From Euprymna scolopes (Eukaryota), in assembly GCA_053919585.1 (NCBI GenBank), contig CM132816.1: a stretch of DNA of 64,000 bases; one strand, written 5' to 3'. Below, piece after piece: positions 10,700-25,400 of the stretch (within the stretch, counting starts at the first letter, position 1; every line of letters starts with the position of its first letter). The translations under genes and the position numbers were made by a program. The notes below the pieces were generated by a model. That model searched no databases, was not told the DNA's origin, and saw only the letters and a list, made by a program, of their open reading frames with translations.

Positions 10700-13107
10700 C
10701 ACCATACTGGACAATCCATTAGATTAGATGGATTCTTGTCCTGGAATCCAGTAGGACCAAGAAACCAAAAGAAAGCTATGCTATAACATTGTTAACTGGT
10801 CAATAAGTGCGTAGTTAATCAATATACTTAACTTCTTTACTACCTAAATGTTTGAGAAATAAATGAGAAATGTAATGGAATCAAGTACTAAGCTGACAAG
10901 GATGAGGCTCCTTAAATTTGTAGAACATGGACTAAGGTAAAGTGAAACACAAGCTATCCTAAACTTTCAAGAATAACGATTATTCAGAAAGAAAATTTAA
11001 ACAGATTGTGTTCAAACCATCATTAAAATATAAATCAAAATTATTATTGTTAACGCATTAAAATATAAATCAAAATTATTATTGTTAACGCATTAAAATA
11101 TAAATCAAAATTATTATTGTTAACGCATTAAAATATAAATCAAAATTATTATTGTTAACGCATTAAAATATAAATCAAAATTATTATTGTTAACGCATTA
11201 AAATATAAATCAAAATTATTATTGTTAACGCATTTATTCAAACAACGAACGGAAGATTCTGTTTGATCTACGGGAACGATATTTAATCTGGTTTGAGTAT
11301 ACATATTGAAATATTTACTGGAATTTGCATTAAACAATAGCTGGAGGATTATTCTGTTTAAGTATGAGGGTACGTGCACTCAGGAAGTCAAGTGGACTTT
11401 ATATGTGAATAAAATGAAAGCAAGCCAGGAATTCCAGGCAGGTGTAATAGCTAAAATGGTTAAACAAGCTGAATAGATTCCTGAATTAGAAAAAGTCTGG
11501 CATAGAAAATCTACCCAATTTATATCTTAAACAACTAACAACACGCCATAATTTATTTGCTTCACAAGATTAGTGAAAGGTGAAGAGTTGATACAATTCT
11601 CATACCCAACACGAGTAACATTACGTACGACACACAAGTTCTTCACTGAATTGATTGCAGAAAGTATCTATGTACACCTCTCGTCTAGAGTAGACATGAA
11701 AAACAAAACAAAATCAAAACAAGCTGCATGAGGAAGTATACCCAAAGGATCAGTTGTTAATTAATAATAGAATCACACTTCAGGACTTCAGGACTGGAAA
11801 TCTAAGCATGGCTTGGATTAATTACTAAAATGCATATGATAGTGTGCCCCACCCGTTGACTCGATTTATACAAGATCTACAGGTAATCAAGGAGACCATG
11901 GCTGCATTTACAAAAATGTGGTAATTAATCGTGGCATTAAGCAACACTAATTGATCTATAACAATTCTCGCTATCAAGGTCCGAAAAAGAATCTTCAAAA
12001 GAGATAGCTTGTCCCTTTACTCTTTTGCCTGGAAATAAAAAAATACTAAATAAAAACCGACAACCTGAGCCAGGTTCGCCAAAAAGACCCAAATATGAGA
12101 GTCAAGCACCTGTTCTTTGTGAACAACTTTAAGATATATTTCAGACACAGACTATGTCGACTCTTGCAATTCATACATACACTGTTCAAGGATATTGGAA
12201 TGAAATCTAGATAAATGTGCCAAGTGCTTTTTCAGAGCTGGTAAAATACTCAAACGTAAGACATGCAGATTGATGAGAATACCGATATCAAAGACTTAAA
12301 ATAACAGGAACAATGCAACTTGTTTGGCATAGAAGAGAACGATTCCGTTTAGTATAACTTTAGAGAAAAATTTTCAGAGAATATTTATGTTGTGTGAGAA
12401 AAAATTGTAAAACATAACTTAAAAAAGAGGATCAATCCACTGTGACCAGGAAAGGATTATAATAGCTGGCCAAGATCAAGATTTGATGATCAATGATTTT
12501 AAGGAGATGAGTGCTCTCTGCCATGACAACAAGTGGAGGTTCCGCTACACAGAAGTAGAGAGTTTGACTCACTTGGCATCGTGTTGCAAGATTCTGCTGA
12601 GTGAATGTCACTCTCTAATTCGACACAATGGAGTTGTGTAAATATCTCCACTAGATAATCTGTAAACGTTGATATCGAATGTGACAGCAAGTCTTATGAA
12701 CATATACCAGAAAGAACAGTTTGCAATAAGTCACGCACCATCCACTATGGCTATCCAATTCCTACAATTACGTATCTAAAAAAACGGAGTTATTAAACCT
12801 TACATAATGATATGAAACAAGAAGTAGAAATAAACAACTTCAGTCAAAGTTAATGATGATGGGTAAAACAGATCTGAAAGGAAAAATAACGAAATATTAA
12901 GGTCTTATATGTGACATGAAAAAAACAGGAATCGTAGAAAGATTTTCATCGTTCCAATAATTATAGGAGCAACCGGACTCATGAAAAAAATGTAAAAAAT
13001 TATTTGGCAAATATAGTTGATGTCAAGTGTAAGAGAGACAAACAATTATACTTAAATTAAGAGATAGAATTATAAAACGGACTCATGAAAACAAATTGTC
13101 CATTTAA
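10700..13107 (+). pseudogene. Heavily decayed RLE-type (R4/Dong-like) non-LTR retrotransposon
   Basis: Manual translation gives, in order: NLSMAWINY*NAYDSVPH (~11800), RIFKRDSLS-LLFCL (~11990), HLFFVNNFKIY (degenerate MDD, ~12110), FKDIGMK-LDKCAK (~12190), LTHLASCCKILLSECHSLIRHNGVV (CCHC region, ~12570), IVPIIIGATGLMKK (~12950), LSI* (13107). 5' boundary uncertain. Confidence 0.85.
11021..11234. repeat. 35-bp tandem repeat CATTAAAATATAAATCAAAATTATTATTGTTAACG, 6 identical copies
   Basis: Units start at 11021, 11056, 11091, 11126, 11161, 11196. Confidence 0.97.
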
Positions 13108-14222
13108 TGAGTTTGTAACCGCATGATTCATTTAATGAGTTTGTAGCCGCATGGTTCATTTAATGAGTTTGTAACCGCATGGTTCATTTAATGAGTTTGT
13201 AGCCGCATGGTTCATTTAATGAGTTTGTAACCGCATGGTTCATTTAATGAGTTTGTAGCTGCATGGTTAATTAAATGAGTTTATAGCCGCATAGTTCATT
13301 TAATGAGTTTGTAGCCGCATTGTTCATTTGATGAGTTTATAGCCGCATGGTTCATTTAATGAGTTTGTAGTCGCATGGGTCATTTAATGAGTTTGTAGTC
13401 GCATTGTTCATTTAATGAGTTTGTAGCCGCATTGTTCATTTAATTAGTTTGTAGTCGCATTGTTCATTTAATGAGTTTGTAGTCGCATGGTTCATTTAAT
13501 GAGTTTGTAGCCGCATGGTTCATTTAATGAGTTTGTAGCCGCATGGTTAATTTAATGAGTTTGTAGTCGCATTGTTCATTTAATTAGTTTGTAACCGCAT
13601 GGTTCATTTATAAATTTATAGCCGCATGGTTCATTTAATGAGTTTGTAGTCGCATTGTTCATTTAATGAGTTTGTAGTCGCATGGTTCATTTAATGAGTT
13701 TGTAGCCGCATGGTTAATTAAATGAGTTTGTAGCCGCATTGTTCATTTAATTAGTTTGTAACCGCATGGTTCATTTATAAATTTATAGCCGCATGGTTCA
13801 TTTAATTAGTTTGTAGACGCATGGGTCATTTAATTAGTTTGTAGCCGAATGGTTCATTTAATGAGTTTGTAACCGCATGATTCATTTAATGAGTTTGTAG
13901 CCGCATGGGTCATTTAATGAGTTTGTAGCCGCATGGTTCATTTAATGAGTTTGTAGCCGCATGGTTCATTTAATGAATTTGTAGCCGCATGGTTCATTTA
14001 ATCAGTTTTTAGTCGCATTGTTCATTTAATGAGTTTTTAGTCGCATGGTTCATTTAATGAGTTTATAGCCGCATGGTTCATTTAATGAGTTTATAGCCGC
14101 ATTGTTCATTTAATGAGTTTGTAGCCGCATGGTTCATTTAATGAGTTTATAGCCGCATGGTTCATTTAATTAGTTTTTAGTGGCATGGTTCATTTAATGT
14201 TTGTAGCCGCATTGTTCATTTA
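13101..14222. repeat. 28-bp satellite CATTTAATGAGTTTGTAGCCGCATGGTT, ~40 copies
   Basis: Seen directly. Confidence 0.97.
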
Positions 14223-14292
14223 TTGCAAGGGGGACATTGATATTTAGCATATAATGGGTTTTCTGTGTTTTCCTCGGAATATTCATACAATA

Positions 14293-17200
14293 TCTCTTTA
14301 ATTATAAAATTCAATGTCTGTGCGTATGTGTGTGATGTTTGTGAATTCGTTCTAAAAGAAAGAGTAGAAAATCTACATAAAATCTAAAATCTTATATAAA
14401 ATTTACTACGGAAGAAATAATAGTGCTTCTAAATTTCTAAGTAGACCCTTAACGGAGATAACCTTCTTGAAGCGTCAATATATATATATCCACTTTTTAT
14501 AAAATTGAAATACTGTTTAAACTTTTAGGAGGAAGACAATGGAAGTAGTTGTTAATATTCAAGTACCTTCATAATCTAACAGAACCGAACAAAACCGTCT
14601 TTCAAACTTCAAATATTTCTATGAAATTCATATCATTTGTATAACATTCTCCAGGGAATACGATTGAAATGGTTCCGAATATCTACGTTATCCTCTATCT
14701 GTAGAATATATACGTTATCTGTAGAATATCTACGTTATCTGTAGAATATCTACGTTATCTGTAGAATATATACGTTATCTGTAGATTATATATATTATCT
14801 GTAGCATATCTACGTTAATTGTAGAATATCTACGTTATCTGTAGAATATATACATTATCTGTAGAATATATACATTATCTGTAGAATATATACGTTATCT
14901 GTAGAATATCTACGTTATCTGTAGAATATATACATTATCTGTAGAATATATACATTATCTGTAGAATATATACATTATCTGTAGCATATCTGCGTTATCT
15001 GTAGAATATATGCGTTATCTGTAGAATATATACGTTATCTGTAGAATATATACGTTATCTGTAGAATATATACATTATCTGTAGAATATATACGTTATCT
15101 GTAGAATATATACGTTATCTGTAGAATATATACGTTATCTGTAGAATATATACATTATCTGTAGAATATATATATATTATCTGTAGCATATCTACGTTAA
15201 TTGTAGAATATATACATTATCTGTAGAATATATACGTTATCTGTAGATTATATATATTATCTGTAGAATATATACGTTATCTGTAGAATATATACGTTAT
15301 CTGTAGAATATATACATTATCTGTAGCATATCTACGTTAATTGTATAATATATACGTTATCTGTAGAATATATACGTTATCTGTAGAATATATACATTTT
15401 CTGTAGAATATATACATTATCTGTAGAATATATACATTATCTGTAGAATATATACGTTATCTGTAGAATATATACGTTATCTGTAGAATATATGCATTAT
15501 CTGTAGAATATATACGTTATCTGTAGAATATAGGCGTTATCTGTAGAATGTATACATTATCTGTAGAATATATACGTTATCTGTAGAATATATACATTAT
15601 CTGTAGAATATATACGTTATCTGTAGAATATATACGTTATCTGTAGAATATCTACGTTAATTGTAGAATATCTATGTTATCTGTAGAATATATACGTTAT
15701 CTGTAGCATATCTACGTTAATTGTAGAATATCTACGGTATATGTAGAATATATACATTATCTGTAGAATATCTACATTATCTGTAGAATATATACGTTAT
15801 CTGTAGAATATATACATTATCTGTAGAATATATACATTATCTGTAGAATATATACATTATCTGTAGAATATATACATTATCTGTATAATATATACGTTAT
15901 CTGTAGAATATATACGTTATCTGTAGAATATATACGTTATCTGTAGAATATATGCATTATCTGTAGAATATATACGTTATCTGTAGAATATATACGGTAT
16001 CTGTAGAATATATACGTTATCTGTAGAATATATACGTTATCTGTAGAATATATACGTTATCTGTAGAATATATGCATTATCTGTAGAATATACCCGTTAT
16101 CTGTAGAATATATACGTTATCTGTAGAATATATACATTATCTGTAGAATATATACGTTATCTGTAGAATATATACATTATCTGTAGAATATATACGTTAT
16201 CTGTAGAATATATACGTTATCTGTAGAATATATACGTTATCTGTAGAATATCTACGTTAATTGTAGAATATCTACGTTATCTGTAGAATATATACATTAT
16301 CTGTAGAATATATACGTTATCTGTAGAATATATACGTTATCTGTAGACTATATGCATTATCTGTAGAATATATACGTTATCTGTAGAATATATACGTTAT
16401 CTGTAGAATATATACGTTATCTGTAGAATATATACATTATCTGTAGAATATATAAGTTATCTGTAGAATATATACATTATCTGTAGAATATATACGCTAT
16501 CTGTAGAATATATACGTTATTTGTAGAATATCTACGTTAATTGTAGAATATCTATGTTATCTGTAGAATATATACGTTATCTGTAGCATATCTACGTTAA
16601 TTGTAGAATATCTACGGTATATGTAGAATATATACATTATCTGTAGAATATCTACATTATCTGTAGAATATCTACATTATCTGTAGAATATATACATTAT
16701 CTGTAGAATATATACATTATCTGTAGAATATATACGTTATCTGTAGAATATATGCATTATCTGTAGAATATATACGTTATCTGTAGAATATATACGTTAT
16801 CTGTAGAATATATACGTTATCTGTAGAATATATACGTTATCTGTAGAATGTATGCATTATCTGTAGAATATATACGTTATCTGTAGAATATATACGTTAT
16901 CTGTAGAATATATACGTTATCTGTAGAATATATACATTATCTGTAGAATATATACGTTATCTGTAGAATGTATACGTTATCTGTAGAATATCTACGTTAT
17001 CTGCAGAATATCTACGTTAATTGTAGAATATCTACGTTATCTGTAGAATATCTACGTTATCTGTAGAATATATACGTTATCTGTAGAATATATACGTTAT
17101 CTGTAGAATATATACGTTATCTGTAGAATATATACGTTATCTGTAGAATATATGCATTATCTGTAGAATATATACGTTATCTGTAGAATATATACGTTAT

Positions 17201-18326
17201 CTGTAGAATATATACATTATCTGTAGAATATATACGTTATCTGTAGAATATATACATTATCTGTAGAATATATACGTTATCTGTGGAATATATACATTAT
17301 CTGTAGAATATATACGTTATCTGTAGAATATATACGTTATCTGTCGAATATCTACGTTAATTGTAGAATATCTACGTTATCTGTAGAATATATACATTAT
17401 CTGTAGCATATCTACGTTAATTGTAGAATATCTACGGTATATGTAGAATATATACATTATCTGTAGAATATCTACATTATCTGTAGAATATATACGGTAT
17501 CTGTAGAATATATACATTATCTGTAGAATATATATATTATCTGTAGAATATATACATTATCTGTAGAATATATACGTTAATTGTAGAATATATACATTAT
17601 CTGTAGAATATCTACGTTATCTGTAGAATATCTACGTTAATTGTAGAGTATCTACGGTATATGTAGAATATATAAATTATCTGTAGAATATCTACGTGCC
17701 TCCATTTCTAAATGACCAATGCGGACAGATCGCCCTTAAGATTTCAAATACATATATCTGATTTTAATGAATTCAAACCATAGGTCCAAAACACTAATTT
17801 CGAAAATTTCCTAACATTTGAGATTCTTCCGACTATATTAAGAGGCGAATGAGGGGATGGGAAGGAAGTAAATACAAAGAATGTTATAAGGTGTCATGAA
17901 CATAACGAAAAAGTATATAGCGATGCTCCTGATTCAACCTCGGAGGACGTTGGCTCTGATTGCTAGTAGAATATATATGATACTATATGTTTTAGGGTTG
18001 AGAGAAGGAACACATAGGGATATTCGTATATATTCTCAACAGCATCAGAATTCTATAAAGTTGTAATCAAAGCGAATGGATGCTATGAAGATGAGGATAA
18101 CTGCTACGTGTTTTTTTTACTTATAATTATTGTATCTATATTACTTTGATTATTGCCCACCCCCTTTCTTTTCGCCCTTTAATGCAGCCAGAAAAAAATT
18201 GGATTTTGGAAAACTCTCTAAGTTAGTTCTCATACACATGGTTTTGATTTCATTAAAATCATTAAATTATGGGCATAGTGAAAGAGTACATATTCAATCC
18301 CAGACAACATCGGGTCTTCCTGCTAG
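14293..18326 (+). mobile_element. Putative non-autonomous Helitron enclosing the 20-bp satellite
   Basis: A|TCTCTTTAATTATAAAA..TGTCTGTGCGTATGTGTG 5' end resembles other Helitron starts here; candidate 3' ends CTAG|T at 17963-17967 and CCCAGACAACATCGGG...GCTAG|T at 18298-18327. Confidence 0.5.
14677..17696. repeat. 20-bp satellite CTGTAGAATATATAC(G/A)TTAT, ~150 copies
   Basis: Seen directly; phase kept over 3 kb apart from a 2-bp slip near 15170. Confidence 0.98.
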
Positions 18327-19474
18327 TAGAATATGAATATAAGTTTTAGGGCTGAGAGAAAGAAACACACGAGGATATTCATATATATTCCCGGACAGCG
18401 TCAGAATTAAAAAAATTGTAATCAAACTAATGGATGCGGTGAATATTATCGCACGTGTACAAGGCCTTTTCTTCTACGTCATTATCTGAAATGTGAGTAC
18501 TAATCTGTGCTTGGAGTGTGAGTTTAATGCGCTCCAACATCGGGAGATAATTCCATCAAACTCAAATGACAAATTGAATTTGTAAAAAAAAATATATAAA
18601 TAAAAATAAATAAAATAAAATAAAATAAATATTGACACCGAAGTAAATAAGGAAAAAATAAACACTCGATTTTTCTGTGTCTTTTTTTTATTTAGGTTTG
18701 TGACAACGTCTGGGTCACTGTAACCGGGATTTTCAGCAACTGGGGACTCTCAGATTACAGGATTGATGTCCATATTCCGAGATTTATGTCATAGTCTTTG
18801 GCAGACATGCGCATACTGGTTGAACAGTGATTAGCCGTTTCACATATCCACTATGATTAGACGAATCTTTACCGCACAACCGTTTCTAAAATGTGTGTTA
18901 TTTTGGCAGATGATATCTAAAATCTGTGATGTCTTGAAAAAATGTCTCAAGCATTTAGAAACTTTCGACATTTTTGTCTAGGAGAAATTAGAAGTATGTA
19001 TTCTGATATTAAACTATATCTTTATTTCCTTGGACAAGGAGAAATCTTTCTACACAGCGGTATTTTGGGGAGGGGGAGCTCGATTTTTCTCTACATTAAA
19101 ATTCGACTTATGTTTAACTTTATACACGTCACGTAACTTGTTACTATCAATAAAAAACATCTTCACGTCATAAAAGAGTGTCTTGTATAAAGTATAATTA
19201 AATATTAAGGATGAATTCGAGTTTATTAAAAGAGAATGAGGATGATTTTACTGGCACCTTCTTTATTTGGTTTATTAAATGTTTAATAAAATATTTGTAT
19301 TTAGTAATAAAAAAATTTGGTTAAAAATTCTAATCCGAAAAAAATGTTTCGTGGAAAGGGGGCGTGTAACTCGTTCAGCGTCCTGCAATTCGTTTATTTG
19401 CTAGACAATAGGTGTTCGATGCTCAGGTTACGACAAACAAGTGTCATGGTACGAAAATTATTGCAGATTTCATA

Positions 19475-22400
19475 TTTATACGTACATTCATAACGATTTA
19501 TATATACATACATAATGATTTATACATACATACATACATAACAACTACTATATACATACATTACGATTTATATGTACATTCATAACGATTTATATGTACA
19601 TTCATAATGATTTATACGTACATTCATAACGATTTATATGTACATTCATAATGATTTATACGTATATTCATAACGATTTATACGTACATTCATAACGATT
19701 TATACGTACATTCATAATGATTTATATGTACATTCATAACAATTTATACGTACATTCATAACGATTTATACGTACATTCATAACGATTTATACGTACATT
19801 CATAACGATTTATATGTACATTCATAACGATTTATATGTACATTCATAACGATTTATATGTACATTCATAACGATTTATATGTACATTCATAACGATTTA
19901 TACGTACATTCATAACGATTTAAACGTATATCCATAAGGATTTATATGTACATTCATAACGATTTATATGTACATTCATAACGATTTATACGTACATTCA
20001 AAACGATTTATATGTACATTCATAACGATCGAAACCTACATTCATAACAATTAACACGTACATTCATAACGATTCATACGTACATTAATAACGATTTATA
20101 CGTACATTCATTACGATTTATATGTACATTCATAACGATTTATACGTACATTCATAACGATTTATATATACATACATAACGATTTATATGTACATTCATA
20201 ACGATTTATACGTACAATCATAACGATTTATACGTACATTCATAACGATTTATAGGTACATTCATAACGATTTATACGTACATTCATAACTATTTATACG
20301 TACATTCATAACGATTTATACGTACATTCATACCGATTTATATGTATATTCATAGCGGTTCATATGTACATTCATAACTATTTATACATACATTCATAAC
20401 GATTTATATGTATATTAATAACGATTTATATATACATTCATAACTATTTATATGTATATTCATACCGATATATATGTATATTCATAACGATTTATATGTA
20501 CATTCATAACTATTTATATGTACAGTCATAACGATTTATACGTATATTCATAACGATTTATATGCATATTCATAACGATTTATATGTACATTCATAACGA
20601 TTTATACATACATTCATAACGATTTAAATGTACATTCATAACGATTTTTATGTACATTCATAACTATTTTATGTACATTCATAACAATTTATGCGTACAT
20701 TCATAACGATTTATATGTACATTCATAACGATTTATACGTACATTCATAACGATTTATATGTACATTAATAACAATTTATATGTACATTCATAACGATTT
20801 ATGTATACCTTCATGACGATTTATATGTACATTCATAACGATTTATACGTACTTTAATAACGATTTATATGTACATTCATAACGATTTATATGTACATTA
20901 ATAACGATTTATATATACATACATAACGATTTATATGTACATTCATAACGATTTATACGTACTTTTATAACGATTTATATGTACATTCATAACGATTTAT
21001 ATGTACATTAATGACGATTTATACGTAAATTCATAACGATGTATATGTACATTAATAACGATTTATATGTACATTCATAAAAATTTATATGTACTCTCAT
21101 AATGATTTATATGTACATTCATAACGATTTATAAGTACACTCATAACGATTTATATGTACATACATAACGATTTATATGTACATTCATAACGATCTATAC
21201 GTATATTCATAACGATTTATATGTACATTCATAACGATTTATACGTACATTCATAATAATTTATACCTATATTCGTAACGATTTATACGTACATTCATTA
21301 CGATTTATGTGTACATTCGTAACGAGTTATACGTACATTCACAATGATTTATACGTACATTCATTACGATTTATATGTACATTGATTGCGATTTATATGT
21401 ACATTCATAACGATTTATATGTACATTCATAACGATTTATATGTACATTCATAACGATTTATGTGTACATTCATAACGATTTATACGTACATTCATAACG
21501 ATTTATATATACATTCATAACGATTTATATGTACATTCATAACGATTTATACGTACATTCATAACGATTTATATGTAAATTCATAACGATCTAAACGTAC
21601 ATTCATAACGATTGATACGTACATTAATAACGATGGATACGTACATTCATAACGATTGATACGTACATTCATAACGATTCATACGTACATTCATAATGAT
21701 TTATATGTAAATTCATACCAATTTATACGTACATTCAATACGATTTTAACGTACATTCATAACGATTTATATGTATATTCATAACGATTTATACGTACAT
21801 TCATACCGATTTATATGTATATTCATAACGATTTATATGTACATTCATAACGATTTATATGTACATTCATAACTATTTATATGTACATTCATAACGATTT
21901 ATACGTATATTAATAACGATTTATACGTACATTCATAACGATTTATACGTACATTCATAACGATTTATACGTACAATCATAACGATTTATACGTACATTC
22001 ATTACGATTTATATGTACATTCCTAACGATTTATACGTACATTCATAACGATTAATATATACGTACATAACGATTTATATGTACATTCATAACAATTTAT
22101 ACGTACATTCATAACGATTTATATGTATATTCATAACGATTTATACGTACAATCATAACGATTTATACGTACATTCATAACGATTCATATGTACATTAAT
22201 AACGATTTATATGTACATTCATTACGATTTATATGTATATTCATAACGATTTATACGTACATTCATAACGATTTATATGTACATTAATAACGATATATAT
22301 GTACATTCATAACGATTTATATGTACATTCATAACGATTTATACGGACATTCATTACGATTCATATGTATATTCATAACGATTTATATGTACATTCATAA

Positions 22401-25400
22401 CGAGTTATATGTTCATTCATAACTATTTATATGTACATTCATAACGATTTACATGTACATGAATAACGATTTATACGTACATTTAACAACGATTTATACG
22501 TACATTCATAACGATTTATATGTACATTCATAACGATGTATACGTATATTCATAAAGATTTATACGTACATACATTACGATTTATACGTACATTCATAAC
22601 GATTTATACGCACATTCATAACGATTTATACGTACATTCATTACGATTTATATGTACATTCATAACGATTCATATGTAAATTCATAACGATTCATACGTA
22701 CATTCATAATGATTTATATGTAAATTCATACCAATTTATATGTACATTCAATACGATTTTAGCGCACATTCATAATGATTTATATGTATATTCAATACGA
22801 TTTATACGTACATTCAATACGATTTTTACGTATATTCATAACGATTTATATGTACATTCATAACGATTTATACGTACATTCATAAATATTTATATGTACA
22901 TTCATAACGATTTATACGTAAATTCATACCGATTTATATGTATATTCATAACGTTTTATATGTACATTCATAACGATTTATATGTACATTCATAACTATT
23001 TATATGTACATTAATAACGATTTATACGTACATTCATAACAATTTATATGTATATTCATAACGATTTATATGTACATTCATAACGATTTATACATACATT
23101 TATAACGATTTATATGTACATTCATAACGATTTTTATGTACATTCAACACTATTTATATGTACATTCATAACGATTTATACGTATATTCATAACGATTTA
23201 TACGTACATTCATAACGATTTATAAGTACACTCATAACGATTTATACGTACAATCATAACGATTTATACGTACATTAATAACGATTTATATATACATTCA
23301 TTACGATTTATATGTACATTCATAACGATTTATATGTACATTCATAACGATTTATATATACATACATAACGATTTATATGTACATTCATAACGATTTATA
23401 CGTACAATCATGACGATTTATACGTATATTAATAACGATTCATATGTACATTAATAACGATTTATATGTACATTCATAACGATTTATATGTATATTCATA
23501 ACGATTTATAGGTACATTCATAACGATTTATATGTATATTCATAACGATTTATATGTATATTCATAAAGATTTATACGCACATTCATAAAGATTTATACG
23601 TACATTCATAACGATTTATACGTACATTCATAACGATGTATACGTACATTCATTACGATTTATAGGTACATTCATGACGATTTATATGTATATTCATACC
23701 GATTTATATGTATATTCATAAAGATTTATACGTACATTCATAACGATTTATACGTACATTCATAACGATTTATACGTACATTCAATACGATTTATATGTA
23801 CATTAATAACGATTTATAGCTACATTCTAACGATTTATATGTACATTTATAAGGATTTATATGTACATTGATTACGATTTATATGTACATTCATTACGAT
23901 TTATATGTACATTCATAACGATTTATAGGTACATTCTAACGATTTATATGTACATTCATAAGGATTTATATGTACATTCATACCGATTTATACGTACATT
24001 CTAACGATTTATACGTACAATCATAACGATTCATATGTACATTCATAAAAATTTATATGTACATTCATAACGATTTATACGTACATACAATACGATTTAT
24101 ATGTACATTTATAACGATTTATACGTACATTCATAACGATTTATATGTACATGAATAATGATTTATAAGTACACACATAACGATTAATATGTACATTCAT
24201 AACGATTTATATGTGCATTCATAACGATTTATACGTACATTCCTTACGATTTATATGTACATTCATAAGGATTTATATGTACATTCATAACAATTTATAT
24301 GTACATTCACACCAATTTATATGTACATTCATTACGATTTATATGTACATTCATAACGATTTATATGTACATTCATTACGATTCATATGTACATTCATAA
24401 CGATTTATATGTACATTCGTAAAGATTTATACGTACATTCAATTCGATTTATATGTACATTCATAACGATTTATATGTAAATTCATAACGATTCATATCT
24501 ACATTCAGAACGATTTATACGTTCATTAATAACGATTTATATATACATTCATAACGATTCATATGTACATTCAGACCGATTTATACGTACATTCATAACG
24601 ATTTATATGTACATTCAAAACGATTCATATGTACATTCATGAAAATTTATACGTAAATTCATATCGATTTATATGTACATTCATAACGATTTATACGTAC
24701 ATTCATAACGATTTATACGTACATTCATAACGATTTATAAGTACACTCATAACGATTTATACGTACAATCATAACGATTTATATATACATTAATTACGAT
24801 TTATATGTACATTCATAACGATTTATATGTACATTCATAACGATTTATATATACGTACATAACGATTTATATGTACATTCATAACGATTTATACGTACAA
24901 TCATAACGATTTATACGTATATTAATAACGATTCATATGTACATTAATAACGATTTATATGTACATTCATAACGATTTATATGTATATTCATAACGATTT
25001 ATGCGTACATTCATAACGATTTATATGTATATTCATAACGATTTATATGTATATTCATAAAGATTTATACGCACATTCATAAAGATTTATACGTACATTC
25101 ATAACGATTTATACGTACATTCATAACGATTTATACGTACATTCATTACGATTTATATGTACATTCATAACGATTTATATGTATATTCATACCGATTTAT
25201 ATGTATATTCATAAAGATTTATACGTACATTCATAACGATTTATACGTACATTCAAAACGATTTATACGTACATTCAATACGATTTATATGTACATTCAT
25301 AACGATTTGTACGTACATTCATAACGATTTATATGTACATTCATAACGATTCATATGTACATTCATAACGATTTATATGTGCATTCATTACGATTAATAT

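Noticed and set aside
18696-18915. Strong splice acceptor followed by coding-like sequence (RILVEQ, QRLGHCN)
   Set aside because: Stops in all frames and no clear donor; hints of Harbinger or copia similarity are too short to call.
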